Below are positions 16,423 to 25,476 of a stretch of 44,887 bases of DNA, in pieces; position 1 is the stretch's first letter, and each line of letters opens with the position of its first letter. The notes beneath the pieces were generated by a model, which had not been told where the DNA came from, did not search any database, and worked only from the letters and a program-made list of their open reading frames with translations. The position numbers and the translations under genes were made by a program. The DNA is taken from the IMG/VR virus record IMGVR_UViG_3300037467_000862, positions 1 to 44,887 of that record, one strand, 5' to 3'. The DNA comes from a virus (taxonomy: Duplodnaviria; Caudoviricetes).

Positions 16423-18478
16423 CGACGGCCGCCTCGATGGTCATGGCGGTGACGGTCAGCGGCAGCGGGTCGGTCTGCCGCACGAACACCTTGCCCGAGG
16501 CGTTCCAGCTCGATGACAGCATGACCTCGATTTCGTCGGTGACGAGCGCGGGCGGCGCGCCGTACACCTCAGTCGTGCGCTGCTTGTACTCGCGCAGGTT
16601 GTTGGCATCCGGCCCGGCGAACACACCCGACGAGCGGTACACGCGCAGGAACACCTTCGATACGTTCTTCGGCCGCCCCTGGCCGAAGGCCGGCGCCTGG
16701 TCGTAGGCGAGCGGCAGCGTTTCCAGGTCGGCCGTGATCGGCAGGCCGATGGTCACTTTGCTGGCCGGCTCGACTAAGCTGATGGCACCGCCCACGACGG
16801 TCTCGGGGGGATGCACGGCGCCGTCGGCCAGGATGGCGACGGTCTTGCCCTCAAGGTGCGACAGGCCGGAAATGGTGCTGGCCGGGGCGCCCTCGTAGGT
16901 CAGGCCGCAGTCCACGAAGAACGCGTCGGCCAGGTCATCGAACTGGCGCGAGTGCATGCGCTCGACGTAGCGTTTTTGCACGCCGTTGATGGTGCGGTTG
17001 ACCACCACGTACAACGCGTCCTCGTTGCCCTCGGTGACCACGCACACCGATTCGAACACGCCGTCGGTGTCGTGCCGGTGCCAGCCGGCGACCTTCTGCT
17101 CGGGCACGTAGGTGAGCCCCAGCAGCGTGCCGTCGCTCGACACCGCCCACACCACGGGGTAGGGCGTGCGCGCGAACGCGAGGTCGCTGATGGTCTTGAA
17201 GTCGAACAGGTGCGGCGCCATGAGCGACACGTCGGTGTTGCTGTAGCCGACCGCGCCCGTGGCGCTTTGCGTGTACACCAGTTCGCGCAGCCGCCCGCCC
17301 TTGGCCGCCGGGTAGAGCAGCGATGAGCCGGTCACGACCGGCTGCACGTTCGATGCGCCCACGTAGGTGATGGGCTTGACCTGCAAGCTGGTCGGGGTTA
17401 GCGCGTCGGAATTGACCGACGTGACCTTCCACTCGGCGCTGGACGTGAGCAGGATCAGTTCGGACAGCGGGACGATGTGCCGGATGCTGTTTGCCTCGCG
17501 CGCGGCGATGCGAAAGCTGATGGCGTCGTCGTCACGCACCGGAATCGACGCGGACAGGTTCGATTCGGTGGCCGAGCGCGTGAGCCAAACATTTTGCGGC
17601 TTGTTGGCCGTCGCGGCGAAGGTTCGCCGCTGCTCGTAGTACGACACCGCGCCCGGGTAGTTGCTGGCGCTGCTGAACGGATTGGACAGTTCCGGCGGCG
17701 TGCGCGACACATCGGGGATGATGTTGTCGTCCTTGAACGTCAGTTCGCTGGTCTGCCCGATATAGCCGAACAGGCCGTTGGACTTCTTGTAGATGTTGTA
17801 GCGCGTGGCGCTCGTGGCCGCCGACCAGGTGACGGTGTTGTACGCGCCGTCGAGCGCGAGGTCGTTGTTGGCCGTGCAGGTGCCCGAGGCGACCGACTCT
17901 TCGAGCGTGTCCGCAGCCAGCGACGTGATGACGTAGACGTGGTCGATGGGCGAGGCGGTGCCGGTGCCGGCGGTAGCTGCGGCGGCCTGCCCGGTGGGCG
18001 CGTTGATGCTGGGCACGAACGAAATGGTCGTCAACGTCCAGTTCGTCGCGCCCAGCCGGCGCAGTTCGCGCGGCGCGTAGTTTGGGTGGGTGATGGTGAG
18101 CACGTCGGCCGACTGCACGAAATGCAGGTCGAAGAGGTCGGCTTCAACGTAGGGCGTGACCACCTCGTACGGTGCGCTGCCCGACAAGAGCGTGCCGCCG
18201 AGCGTATGGAACCGAACGTAAAACTCTCCGAATTCCAGCGCGAAGGTCTGCGTGGTCGAGTAGGCGAACGTGACCAGCCTTGTGCGCTTGGCGCTGTTCT
18301 TCACCTCGAGCACGAACTCGGTGCCCGGCCTGTTGGCCGCAGGCCCGTGGGGCAGGGTGATGAAGTTGCGGCAGGTGGAAAGGCCGGTTTGGTAACTGGC
18401 CAGGTCGAGCCGTCCGTAGAGCTCCGGCGTGATTTCGCCGGCCGCGAACGAGCGCGACAGGGTGCGCGGGTTGCTCAT
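16415..18478 (-). CDS. Tail nozzle (tail tubular protein B)
   Basis: SFAAGEITPELYGRLDL N-terminus and VRQTDPLPLTV C-terminus are typical; likely start is MSNPR. Confidence 0.88.
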   Translation of the reverse strand: MSNPRTLSRSFAAGEITPELYGRLDLASYQTGLSTCRNFITLPHGPAANRPGTEFVLEVKNSAKRTRLVTFAYSTTQTFALEFGEFYVRFHTLGGTLLSGSAPYEVVTPYVEADLFDLHFVQSADVLTITHPNYAPRELRRLGATNWTLTTISFVPSINAPTGQAAAATAGTGTASPIDHVYVITSLAADTLEESVASGTCTANNDLALDGAYNTVTWSAATSATRYNIYKKSNGLFGYIGQTSELTFKDDNIIPDVSRTPPELSNPFSSASNYPGAVSYYEQRRTFAATANKPQNVWLTRSATESNLSASIPVRDDDAISFRIAAREANSIRHIVPLSELILLTSSAEWKVTSVNSDALTPTSLQVKPITYVGASNVQPVVTGSSLLYPAAKGGRLRELVYTQSATGAVGYSNTDVSLMAPHLFDFKTISDLAFARTPYPVVWAVSSDGTLLGLTYVPEQKVAGWHRHDTDGVFESVCVVTEGNEDALYVVVNRTINGVQKRYVERMHSRQFDDLADAFFVDCGLTYEGAPASTISGLSHLEGKTVAILADGAVHPPETVVGGAISLVEPASKVTIGLPITADLETLPLAYDQAPAFGQGRPKNVSKVFLRVYRSSGVFAGPDANNLREYKQRTTEVYGAPPALVTDEIEVMLSSSWNASGKVFVRQTDPLPLTVTAMTIEAAVGG

Positions 18479-19122
18479 GCACACCCCCGTGCGGCAAGGC
18501 TGGTTGGCGCTGAGTCACGCGCGGCGATGCTCGATGGCGTGAAGTCCGCGCTGCCCTTCTGCATGTTCGCGTCCGAGCTGGCCGCGCGCTGGAACTGGCC
18601 GGTGAAGGTCTGGAAGCACGCGCGCCCGGCGGACACGCCCGAGTCGCCCTTGATGATGGGGCCGGCCAGGTACGAGGCCAGCAGCCACGACAGCGCATCC
18701 ACGAAGAGCGGCGTGTACTTGGTGGTATCGGTCACGCGCGCCACGTAGCGCAGCACCGGGTTCTCGGTGTTGGTGTAGATGACCACGAGCCCGCTGTCCA
18801 GCGACTCGACCGCGTAATCCTCGCTGTCGGCGGTGTCCAGCGTGCCCGGCGCGACCACCGCGATGGGCTTGACCATGCCGGCGGGCGCCGCGTACGCGTA
18901 GGACCATGCGGTGTCGATGTCCTCGGCCAAGAGTGCCGGCTGCGCGCGGCGCGTGGCGAACGACCAGTTGTGCATTTCGAGCAGCGAGTCGCGCGCCACG
19001 GGGTAGAAGCGTGCGCAGTGCTCGGCCTGCGCGCTGCCCTCGGGCGGGTCGATGCTGGACACGTTGGCGCTGTCGCCCAGGTGGGACAGCGCGAGGTTGC
19101 AAATGTCGAGTGCGGAAGCCAC
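18475..19122 (-). CDS. Tail adaptor (tail tubular protein A)
   Basis: MASALDICNLALSHLG...HNWSFATRR; GTG start with GGAGGT RBS. Confidence 0.85.
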   Translation of the reverse strand: MASALDICNLALSHLGDSANVSSIDPPEGSAQAEHCARFYPVARDSLLEMHNWSFATRRAQPALLAEDIDTAWSYAYAAPAGMVKPIAVVAPGTLDTADSEDYAVESLDSGLVVIYTNTENPVLRYVARVTDTTKYTPLFVDALSWLLASYLAGPIIKGDSGVSAGRACFQTFTGQFQRAASSDANMQKGSADFTPSSIAARDSAPTSLAARGCA

Positions 19123-19134
19123 GGGGCCACCTCC

Positions 19135-19165
19135 AAATAAAAACGGGGGCGCGATGGCCCCCGTT
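19135..19165 (-). terminator. Rho-independent terminator after the capsid genes
   Basis: 9-bp stem AACGGGGGC/GCCCCCGTT with 6-nt loop, followed by a T-rich tract on the minus strand. Confidence 0.8.
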
Positions 19166-19193
19166 GCTGCGAGTGATGTGCGCCGGCCGGGGC

Positions 19194-19400
19194 TTACGCC
19201 AGGTCGCCGCCGTCGCCTTCCGGCTTGCCGGCTTTGGTCTTGCCTTCCTTGACCAGTTCGATGTTGTCGCCGAGGCGCATGTCCACCTCTTTGCCGTCCA
19301 CCTTGGCCTTCGGGAAGGTGGTTTCGAACTGTTCGCCGGCCTTCACCACGCGGTTCTCGTGGGCGAGCAGCGTGTCGCGGGTTGCGATGTACTTAGGCAT
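19194..19400 (-). CDS. Small hypothetical protein after the cement protein
   Basis: 68 aa with GGGG RBS, tightly packed in the head operon. Confidence 0.7.
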   Translation of the reverse strand: MPKYIATRDTLLAHENRVVKAGEQFETTFPKAKVDGKEVDMRLGDNIELVKEGKTKAGKPEGDGGDLA

Positions 19401-19410
19401 CAGTCACCCC

Positions 19411-19863
19411 TTACGCGACCGAGAAGCCGCTGGCGTAATACTGGAAGCCCGGCGGCAGGGTGTCGGTCACGTAGCACGTGAACTTGCCGGCGGTCAGCGG
19501 GCCAGTGGCCACGGTGTACTGGCAACCCAGGTAACGCTGGCCGACAGGCTGTGCGGCCAGAATGGCCGGGTCGATACGCTGGGCGAACAGCTTGCGCCCC
19601 GCGGTCAGTTCGGCCTTCCCGATGGCGTCGGTCTGCGCCACCACGGTGGGCGACGACAGGTCGGCGGCGGCCGAAGTGACAGCCTGGAACGTGACGGTGG
19701 CGGCACCGGCGGCGGTGGCGGTCTGGTCCACACCCCACACCAGCCACAGACCACGGCCGGGGCCGAGGTCGCGGTTGGTGCCGAGGTCGATGGTGTTGGT
19801 CGAAACCGCCGTGGCGGTCACGGCCTGCTGGTTCGACAGTTGGGTCAATGCGTCGAGCATCAT
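19411..19863 (-). CDS. Capsid cement protein (BPP-1 Bbp16-like)
   Basis: LSNQQAVTATAVSTNTIDLG...RYLG...YTVATGPLTAGKF; directly follows the major capsid gene. Confidence 0.85.
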   Translation of the reverse strand: MMLDALTQLSNQQAVTATAVSTNTIDLGTNRDLGPGRGLWLVWGVDQTATAAGAATVTFQAVTSAAADLSSPTVVAQTDAIGKAELTAGRKLFAQRIDPAILAAQPVGQRYLGCQYTVATGPLTAGKFTCYVTDTLPPGFQYYASGFSVA

Positions 19864-19880
19864 GATGTTGGTGTCCTTTC

Positions 19881-20900
19881 TTACGAGACCAGGGTTTCAG
19901 CGATGCCCAGGCCGTCCACGCCGCGCACCGGGATGCCCATGAACTTGAGCGTGCGAATCGAGGTTCCGAACTGCGTGAGCGCGTCTTCGATCTTGAGCAC
20001 GTTCTGCGACTTCTCGAGCGCCTGGATCATCAGACCTTCCTGGATCGAGCGGTTCGTGTAGAACGCTGCGCGGCCCATGTTGAAGTTCGGGATGCGTGCG
20101 ATGGCGCGGGTCATCAGCTTGATGAGGTTGGTGCTGGCGGTGGTCGCCTGCGTGCCGGTCACGCCGATCCAGTCGGACACGTCGATGTTCGCAATGCGAA
20201 CCACGTAGCGCCAGTCCTTCACGACCAGGCCGCAGTCCCACTGGAACAGCGATTTGGCGGCCTGGTAGTAGTTGCCGCTCGCGTCCTGCACGTCGGCGAT
20301 GCCCAGGTCTTTGTTCTGTACGCCGCCCTTGCTGCCCTTCGGGAAGGTGCCGAACACGGTTTGCTCGCCCCACACGACCAGGTAGATGGACGCGTTGTCG
20401 GAACCCGAGCCGCCGGCCAGCAGCACGTTGCCGCCGTTACCCGCAGTGGTCGAGCTGTAGCGCGTGGCCAGACCCGTGAAGGTCTTCATGTCGGTGCCGA
20501 CGTTGCCGTTGAACAGCTTGCCGGTCATTTCCTGGTTCATCGCTTCCAGGAACGGCGATTCTTCCGACAGGCGGTACGCGGCGCTGTTGCCGTTCAGCTC
20601 GAGCAGCTTGGCGTCGATGTGGCTGCGCGCTTCCATCATCGCGCACGGCTCGGTCACTTGAGCGGTGGTCGATTTGGAAGTCGGCACGCCTTGGTTGTAC
20701 GCACGCCAGTAGACCGCCGGCAGGCCGGTGCGGACCGTGACGACGTGGCTGGTGGGCTGGTTGGCCTCTTTCCAGACGATGTCTTCCAGAATGTCGTTCT
20801 GCTGGGACAGCAGCTCGACAATCGGGTCCACCTTGCCGTCCGGCCCGAGGCGCTTGGTGATGTCGGCCAGGGTCAACTGGCCGGTTGCGAGAGTCGCCAT
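19881..20900 (-). CDS. Major capsid protein (BPP-1 Bbp17-like)
   Basis: 339 aa; VRTGLP, SIYLVVWG, GLVVKDWRYVVRIANID motifs. Confidence 0.93.
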   Translation of the reverse strand: MATLATGQLTLADITKRLGPDGKVDPIVELLSQQNDILEDIVWKEANQPTSHVVTVRTGLPAVYWRAYNQGVPTSKSTTAQVTEPCAMMEARSHIDAKLLELNGNSAAYRLSEESPFLEAMNQEMTGKLFNGNVGTDMKTFTGLATRYSSTTAGNGGNVLLAGGSGSDNASIYLVVWGEQTVFGTFPKGSKGGVQNKDLGIADVQDASGNYYQAAKSLFQWDCGLVVKDWRYVVRIANIDVSDWIGVTGTQATTASTNLIKLMTRAIARIPNFNMGRAAFYTNRSIQEGLMIQALEKSQNVLKIEDALTQFGTSIRTLKFMGIPVRGVDGLGIAETLVS

Positions 20901-20914
20901 GTTTCAGTTCCTTT

Positions 20915-21616
20915 TCACGGGTTCATGTTCGGGTACATCCGCTGCGCCGTGGACTGCACGGGCGTGGCGCCCGGCTTACCCGCGACGAGGCGGTCTTCAC
21001 TGATTGCCGTACCGGCCTTGAACAACATCCGAATGATTTCGGGGTGGTTGCCCAGGCCGGACTCGTTCAGCAGCGTTTTCAGTTCCGGCGAGCCGAAGGT
21101 GTCCAGCGCCTTCTTGGCCGTGGCGAGGTTTTCCTGCAGCTTGTCGCCGCCGAACTCCTTGTCGGCCTGCGAATCCGCTGCCCACTTCGCCGCGGCCTCG
21201 GTCAGCGCCGTGGCCTGCTGTGCTTGCCATTTCTGCGCGAGCTTCGCGCCCAGGTCGGCGACCTGCTGCGCCTTCTCTTGCGGCAGGTTCAGTTCCTTGG
21301 CCAGCGCCTTGAACTCGCCCGTTACCTCGGCGTCGAGGGTGACGCCGTCGGGCGCCTTGAAGTCCTCGTACTGCTCAGGCGCGCCGGCCGGCTTGTCGCC
21401 GTCGGTTGCGTCCTTGCCGTCGCCGGACTTGCCGTCGTCGGTTGCGCTTTGGTCCTGCGCTCCCGCGGCCGGCTGACCGTTGGCTTCGGTGCTCGCTTGC
21501 TGCTGTTGCTTTGCATCGGGTTGCGCCCCCGTGTTATCGGTGGCGCCCGGTGCAGGTTGCGACGAGGCGGTGGCATTGTCAGGTTGGCCGCTCGTTACAA
21601 GGGTCTCGGTCGTCAT
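20915..21616 (-). CDS. Capsid scaffolding protein
   Basis: Likely start MTTETL at 21616; acidic low-complexity N-terminus; GLGNHPEIIR motif; lies upstream of the capsid gene. Confidence 0.8.
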   Translation of the reverse strand: MTTETLVTSGQPDNATASSQPAPGATDNTGAQPDAKQQQQASTEANGQPAAGAQDQSATDDGKSGDGKDATDGDKPAGAPEQYEDFKAPDGVTLDAEVTGEFKALAKELNLPQEKAQQVADLGAKLAQKWQAQQATALTEAAAKWAADSQADKEFGGDKLQENLATAKKALDTFGSPELKTLLNESGLGNHPEIIRMLFKAGTAISEDRLVAGKPGATPVQSTAQRMYPNMNP

Positions 21617-21936
21617 TCGTGTTCTTTCGCAGGTTCTTTGGACTCGGCGACCATCGCGGCGTACTGCTCGGGGCAGTGCTCGTTGATGAGCGCGGTGAGC
21701 CAAATGCCGTAATTGCGCATGCCCTCGCGGAAGAAGGTTTCGCTGTTGCCGGTAAAGCTGGTGCGGTACATGCCCGCCTTGTCCAGCATCCGCCACACCA
21801 GCCGGCGCCCCCACGCGTGGGTCATGAGCTGCTTGATGTCGGTCGCTTCGTTCTCACGTGCCAGTTGCTCGCGCGCTTCGGCTTGCGCCTTGGCTTGCTG
21901 CTGGCCGTGGATGTCGAAGGGGTCGTACTTGCTCAT
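21613..21936 (-). CDS. Bbp19-like head-module protein
   Basis: Start MSKYDPFD; WGRRLVWRML...TFFREGMRN motif. Confidence 0.78.
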   Translation of the reverse strand: MSKYDPFDIHGQQQAKAQAEAREQLARENEATDIKQLMTHAWGRRLVWRMLDKAGMYRTSFTGNSETFFREGMRNYGIWLTALINEHCPEQYAAMVAESKEPAKEHE

Positions 21937-21943
21937 GCACGGC

Positions 21944-21980
21944 ACGATAAGCGCGCCGCGCGACGGTATGCACACCCCCC
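21944..21980 (-). promoter_or_regulatory. Putative late promoter for the scaffold/capsid operon
   Basis: GGGTGTGCATACC-N15-TATCGT on the minus strand. Confidence 0.72.
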
Positions 21981-21981
21981 G

Positions 21982-22806
21982 TCAGGCGGTGGTGCTGTCG
22001 GTGATGATGCCTAAGCCGGCCAGGGCGGACAGCAGGCTCGCCAGCGCTGCGTTACCCCCGCGCGAGCCGGTCACGGCCGGAGCGGTGTTCGTCGTGCTGT
22101 CCGTGGCAAGGCCGAGTGCGACAAGCTGCGCGACCGCCGAGGCAATGGCCGCGTTGCCGTTTCTGTTGCCAGTGATGGCTGGCTTGGTAATCGGCGTGGT
22201 GTTGTAGAACCCGACTTTGCCGCCCCGGTGCGCGAAGTCCTGCGCGACGGCGAGTGAGCCGCCCGCCGTCATGGTGTCGGTCGTCGTGCCAAGCAGCAGA
22301 TTACCGGCCATGTAGTTGATGGCCGTGCCGTCCAGGTACAGGTTGTACTTGCCGGCGCCGGACGAAACACGCCCGCGGTAGCCGTAGTTAGACGCGCCGC
22401 TCGTGAGGTCGTCCACGTCCACGCCCATCTGCGCGGTGATGGTCGAGCCCGCGCCCTTGGTCACGTTCTTAACGCGCAAGCCGCGCACTGCGGGAACGGT
22501 GAAGGCCGCGGCCTGCGTCGCGCCCTCGGCACTGTACTGGTCAAACTCGGTGGTGGCCGAGCTGCTGGCGGTCGAGCGCACGCGCACACCGGCCTGCGAG
22601 GCGCCGGTCGTGCTGGCACCCGTGGCGATATTGAGCGCGGCGTCGGTGGTCGGCGAGGCGCCGATGCCTACACGCAGGTCAAAGCGCCCGGCCTTCTTCG
22701 CTCGAAAGCTGGTGAACTGGCCCGGCCGCGGGTCGCGGTTGCCGACGACCTGGCCCTCGGCGAAGCCGGATTGCAGGCGGGCGTCGTAGAACCGGGGCGT
22801 GGGCAT
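21982..22806 (-). CDS. Fibre-like structural protein in the head module
   Basis: 274 aa, Gly/Thr/Ala-rich with beta-strand character; duplicated C-terminal TG(S/N)RxGNAAxAS...LG(L/I)xTDSTT motif. Confidence 0.7.
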   Translation of the reverse strand: MPTPRFYDARLQSGFAEGQVVGNRDPRPGQFTSFRAKKAGRFDLRVGIGASPTTDAALNIATGASTTGASQAGVRVRSTASSSATTEFDQYSAEGATQAAAFTVPAVRGLRVKNVTKGAGSTITAQMGVDVDDLTSGASNYGYRGRVSSGAGKYNLYLDGTAINYMAGNLLLGTTTDTMTAGGSLAVAQDFAHRGGKVGFYNTTPITKPAITGNRNGNAAIASAVAQLVALGLATDSTTNTAPAVTGSRGGNAALASLLSALAGLGIITDSTTA

Positions 22807-22809
22807 AGG

Positions 22810-23085
22810 TCAGTGTTGCGCGCGCATGGCGGCCACGTTGTTGGCGACCACGGCGATGTACAGCGCCACCAGCAGGAACAGCACGATGGTGGGCAGAGGG
22901 GTGAAGTTCACCAACAGCACTAGGGCCAGCTTGACGCCGACGATTGCAGGCCGCATACCGAACCGGCGAATAGCCGCAGCCATCAGCGGGTTGCGTTCCA
23001 CGCCGCCCGCGGTTATGACACGTTCAGTGGTGTAGCCGTCCAGTGCTTGCAGCAGATTGAACACGACGAGCAGAATGGTGTGCAT
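22810..23085 (-). CDS. Small membrane protein (DUF5658-like)
   Basis: LDGYTT...ERNPLM motif and three hydrophobic segments; GAGGA RBS. Confidence 0.7.
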   Translation of the reverse strand: MHTILLVVFNLLQALDGYTTERVITAGGVERNPLMAAAIRRFGMRPAIVGVKLALVLLVNFTPLPTIVLFLLVALYIAVVANNVAAMRAQH

Positions 23086-23098
23086 TGCGATCCTCGTT

Positions 23099-23473
23099 CT
23101 ATTTGGTTGGCTTCAAGTAGTCATGTGGCGGGGTCTTGGCGAAGCGCACGGCCTTGATGGTCGTCTTGCCATCGACCAGGGCGCGCGTGACGCGGTGCCA
23201 TCCGTCCATGATGAAACCCTCTTCATCCAGGATGACCGGATGCGAGGTGTCCACATCGAGCACGCGGCGCATGTGGCGGGCGAACTCGTACGGCGATTCA
23301 ATCGGGTGCCAAACGTGGGCGCCCGCGTAGATGGCTGCGAGCGGCAGGTCGAACGGCTCAAGACCGCGTGCACGTTCGATCAGATTTGCAACGGTCCAGA
23401 CCTTGTCGTCCGCAGTGTAGGTGTTGTCCTCAAGGTTGCAGCCGTCAATCGGCACGACGGGATAGCAGCTCAT
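23099..23473 (-). CDS. Stand-alone ParB/Srx N-terminal-like protein
   Basis: Start MSCYP at 23473 is coupled to the portal stop; PVILDEEGFIMDGWHRV motif. Confidence 0.78.
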   Translation of the reverse strand: MSCYPVVPIDGCNLEDNTYTADDKVWTVANLIERARGLEPFDLPLAAIYAGAHVWHPIESPYEFARHMRRVLDVDTSHPVILDEEGFIMDGWHRVTRALVDGKTTIKAVRFAKTPPHDYLKPTK

Positions 23474-25143
23474 CAGGTGTACCCCGTCAGGTTGTGCATC
23501 ACGTCGGTGAGCGCGTTCTGCCCGCCCGTGTCCGCGCCGGCCAGGTTGGCCGCGCTCTTGCTGGCCGACTCGGCCATAGCGGTCTGCTGCATGGCCTGCT
23601 GCTGCTGCGCGCGGTTCTTGCGCACGATGGCGACCTTGTCGCTGGCCACGATGAGCGAGGGGTCCACGCCGAGCATGTCGCTGTAGGTGTCGGCCCACTC
23701 GTCGGCGTCGAACTTGTCGAGCACGTCCGGCTTGACGGCGGCGACCTGGCCCAGCGACATGACGAAGCGGTCGATGCCGTTGGTGCCAATCGCCCGCTGC
23801 GCCTGCGCGAGCATGGACACGAATTCGACCGACAGTTCGTGCCCGTGCAGTTCCTTGGGCGGGGCGGGCAGGATGCCGGCCTCGAGCGCCTGCATGAAGG
23901 TCAGTTCGATTTTCGGGTCCAGCAGCTCGTTGTGTTGACGCTCGAGCACGGGGCCGAGCATCAGCAGCTTTTCCTCGTGCCGCTCGGCCACCTCAGTGGC
24001 GGTCATCTGCCCGCGCTGGGCGTCGTTCATCGCCAGCATCTTGAACAGGTCGGCGTAGAACACCGCGTTGATGCGCTCGCGCACGTCGCGGATGTCCTCG
24101 AGCAGATAGGACAGGTTGAGGTTGACCTGGAACGCCGATTGCACCGCGCCCGGCCCGTTCACGTCGATGTACGAGGTGCCGCCGGGCAGGAAGTTGTGCA
24201 TGCCGTTCTTCGCGCTCACGGGCAGGATGAGCGGCGGGTCCACCATCTTGTCGATGCCCTGCGCCTTGCGGAGCTGCTGGTGCTGCAACTGGCGGATGTC
24301 GCCCAGCGCCAGCATGCTCGGGCTGATGCCGTAGGTGTCGCCGCCCCAGGTGGTCCAGCGCGGCGCCAGTACGCGGAAGGACTTGAAGCCCGACTCGCGC
24401 AGGTACTTGTCGTCGTTGCCGCCTTCCTCGAAGTACAGCGAGCGCCACGGCATGTTTTTCGCGTCGCGCTTGGTCGGGTCGCGGTCCGCGCGCGGCTCGA
24501 TGACGTGGATGATGGGCACCTTGGTGTCGAGCGCGCCGCTGTCGAAGAGGCCGCGCACGGTCACGCTGCAGGCTTCAAGGCCGAATTCCTTTACCAGTTC
24601 GGCCACGGTCTTGACGCACTTGCGGTACATGCAATCCACTTCGCCCTTGTAGTTCGTGGCGAGGCGGTACTCGCCGGCCGTGAGCGGGTAGTGGTGGATG
24701 ACGCTTTGAAAGTCCTCGGCCACGATGGACACGGCCGTGCCGTAGGCGCCCAATTCCTCGTACATCGAGTGCAGCGCGCGGTAGGTGTTGGACCGCGCGA
24801 AAATGGCCTGCAGGATGCGCGTCACGTCGTCTAGCCACACCTTGACCGGCGCGTACTTCATAAGGTCGGGGTCGGACGTGGACAGCCGGAACCACGGGCG
24901 GGCCGGGCTCGTCATGCCGGCCATCAGGCCAGCGGACAGCACGCCCAGCGCTTGCGTGCCGGTCGAGTCGTAAATGTTGTTGAACGACTTGGTGCCCGTG
25001 TTGCGCTCGCTCGTGGTGAAGCGGCCGGACACGGGCAGGATGAAGCGCGAAATGTCCTCGTACCGCGCGCGCCATGCGGCGAACTCGCTGTCCAGTGCAG
25101 ACCAGCGAGCCAGGTATCGGGAGCGCGGTACGGTCTCGGCCAT
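23473..25143 (-). CDS. Portal (head-to-tail connector) protein
   Basis: 556 aa; IYDSTG, MTSPARPWF, MTATEVAERHEEKLLMLGPVLER. Confidence 0.94.
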   Translation of the reverse strand: MAETVPRSRYLARWSALDSEFAAWRARYEDISRFILPVSGRFTTSERNTGTKSFNNIYDSTGTQALGVLSAGLMAGMTSPARPWFRLSTSDPDLMKYAPVKVWLDDVTRILQAIFARSNTYRALHSMYEELGAYGTAVSIVAEDFQSVIHHYPLTAGEYRLATNYKGEVDCMYRKCVKTVAELVKEFGLEACSVTVRGLFDSGALDTKVPIIHVIEPRADRDPTKRDAKNMPWRSLYFEEGGNDDKYLRESGFKSFRVLAPRWTTWGGDTYGISPSMLALGDIRQLQHQQLRKAQGIDKMVDPPLILPVSAKNGMHNFLPGGTSYIDVNGPGAVQSAFQVNLNLSYLLEDIRDVRERINAVFYADLFKMLAMNDAQRGQMTATEVAERHEEKLLMLGPVLERQHNELLDPKIELTFMQALEAGILPAPPKELHGHELSVEFVSMLAQAQRAIGTNGIDRFVMSLGQVAAVKPDVLDKFDADEWADTYSDMLGVDPSLIVASDKVAIVRKNRAQQQQAMQQTAMAESASKSAANLAGADTGGQNALTDVMHNLTGYT

Positions 25144-25147
25144 CGTG

Positions 25148-25432
25148 TTACTGGCCCAAAAGGGTATTGCGGCCCAGCGTGAGCGTGGACGGGTCGATGC
25201 CCGCCGGGCCGGTCAGGAAGGTGGACGCCGGGCCTGCGTTCACGCCCGAGGCGTTCGCATTGGCTGCGCCCATGGCCTTGGTGTCCGGCTGCTTGCCGTT
25301 GGCCTGCTTGCTCGGCGGTGCGGTGGGGCTTGTTGCTTGCGGCTGCGGGATGTCGGGCGCCATGGACTTGGCGGCCAAGTAGCCGCCGGCCAGCGCTGCA
25401 ACGCCGTAGGCAATGGTAGTCGGTTCGCACAT
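25148..25432 (-). CDS. Small pre-portal virion protein
   Basis: MCEP start and STFLTGPAG...TLLGQ C-terminus, typical of podovirus pre-portal proteins. Confidence 0.75.
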   Translation of the reverse strand: MCEPTTIAYGVAALAGGYLAAKSMAPDIPQPQATSPTAPPSKQANGKQPDTKAMGAANANASGVNAGPASTFLTGPAGIDPSTLTLGRNTLLGQ

Positions 25433-25476
25433 GATGGTCTGGTCCTAAGTCGTCGGCGGGACCAGTTCGCCGGCCC

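Noticed and set aside
18474-18489. Seventh late-promoter motif (GGGGGTGTGCATG)
   Set aside because: The hexamer 15 bp downstream is GTCGCG, not -10-like; the match is explained by the nozzle gene RBS and ATG.
23099-23473. ParABS plasmid-prophage partition system
   Set aside because: No ParA, no HTH on the ParB-like protein, and the phage has int and attP.
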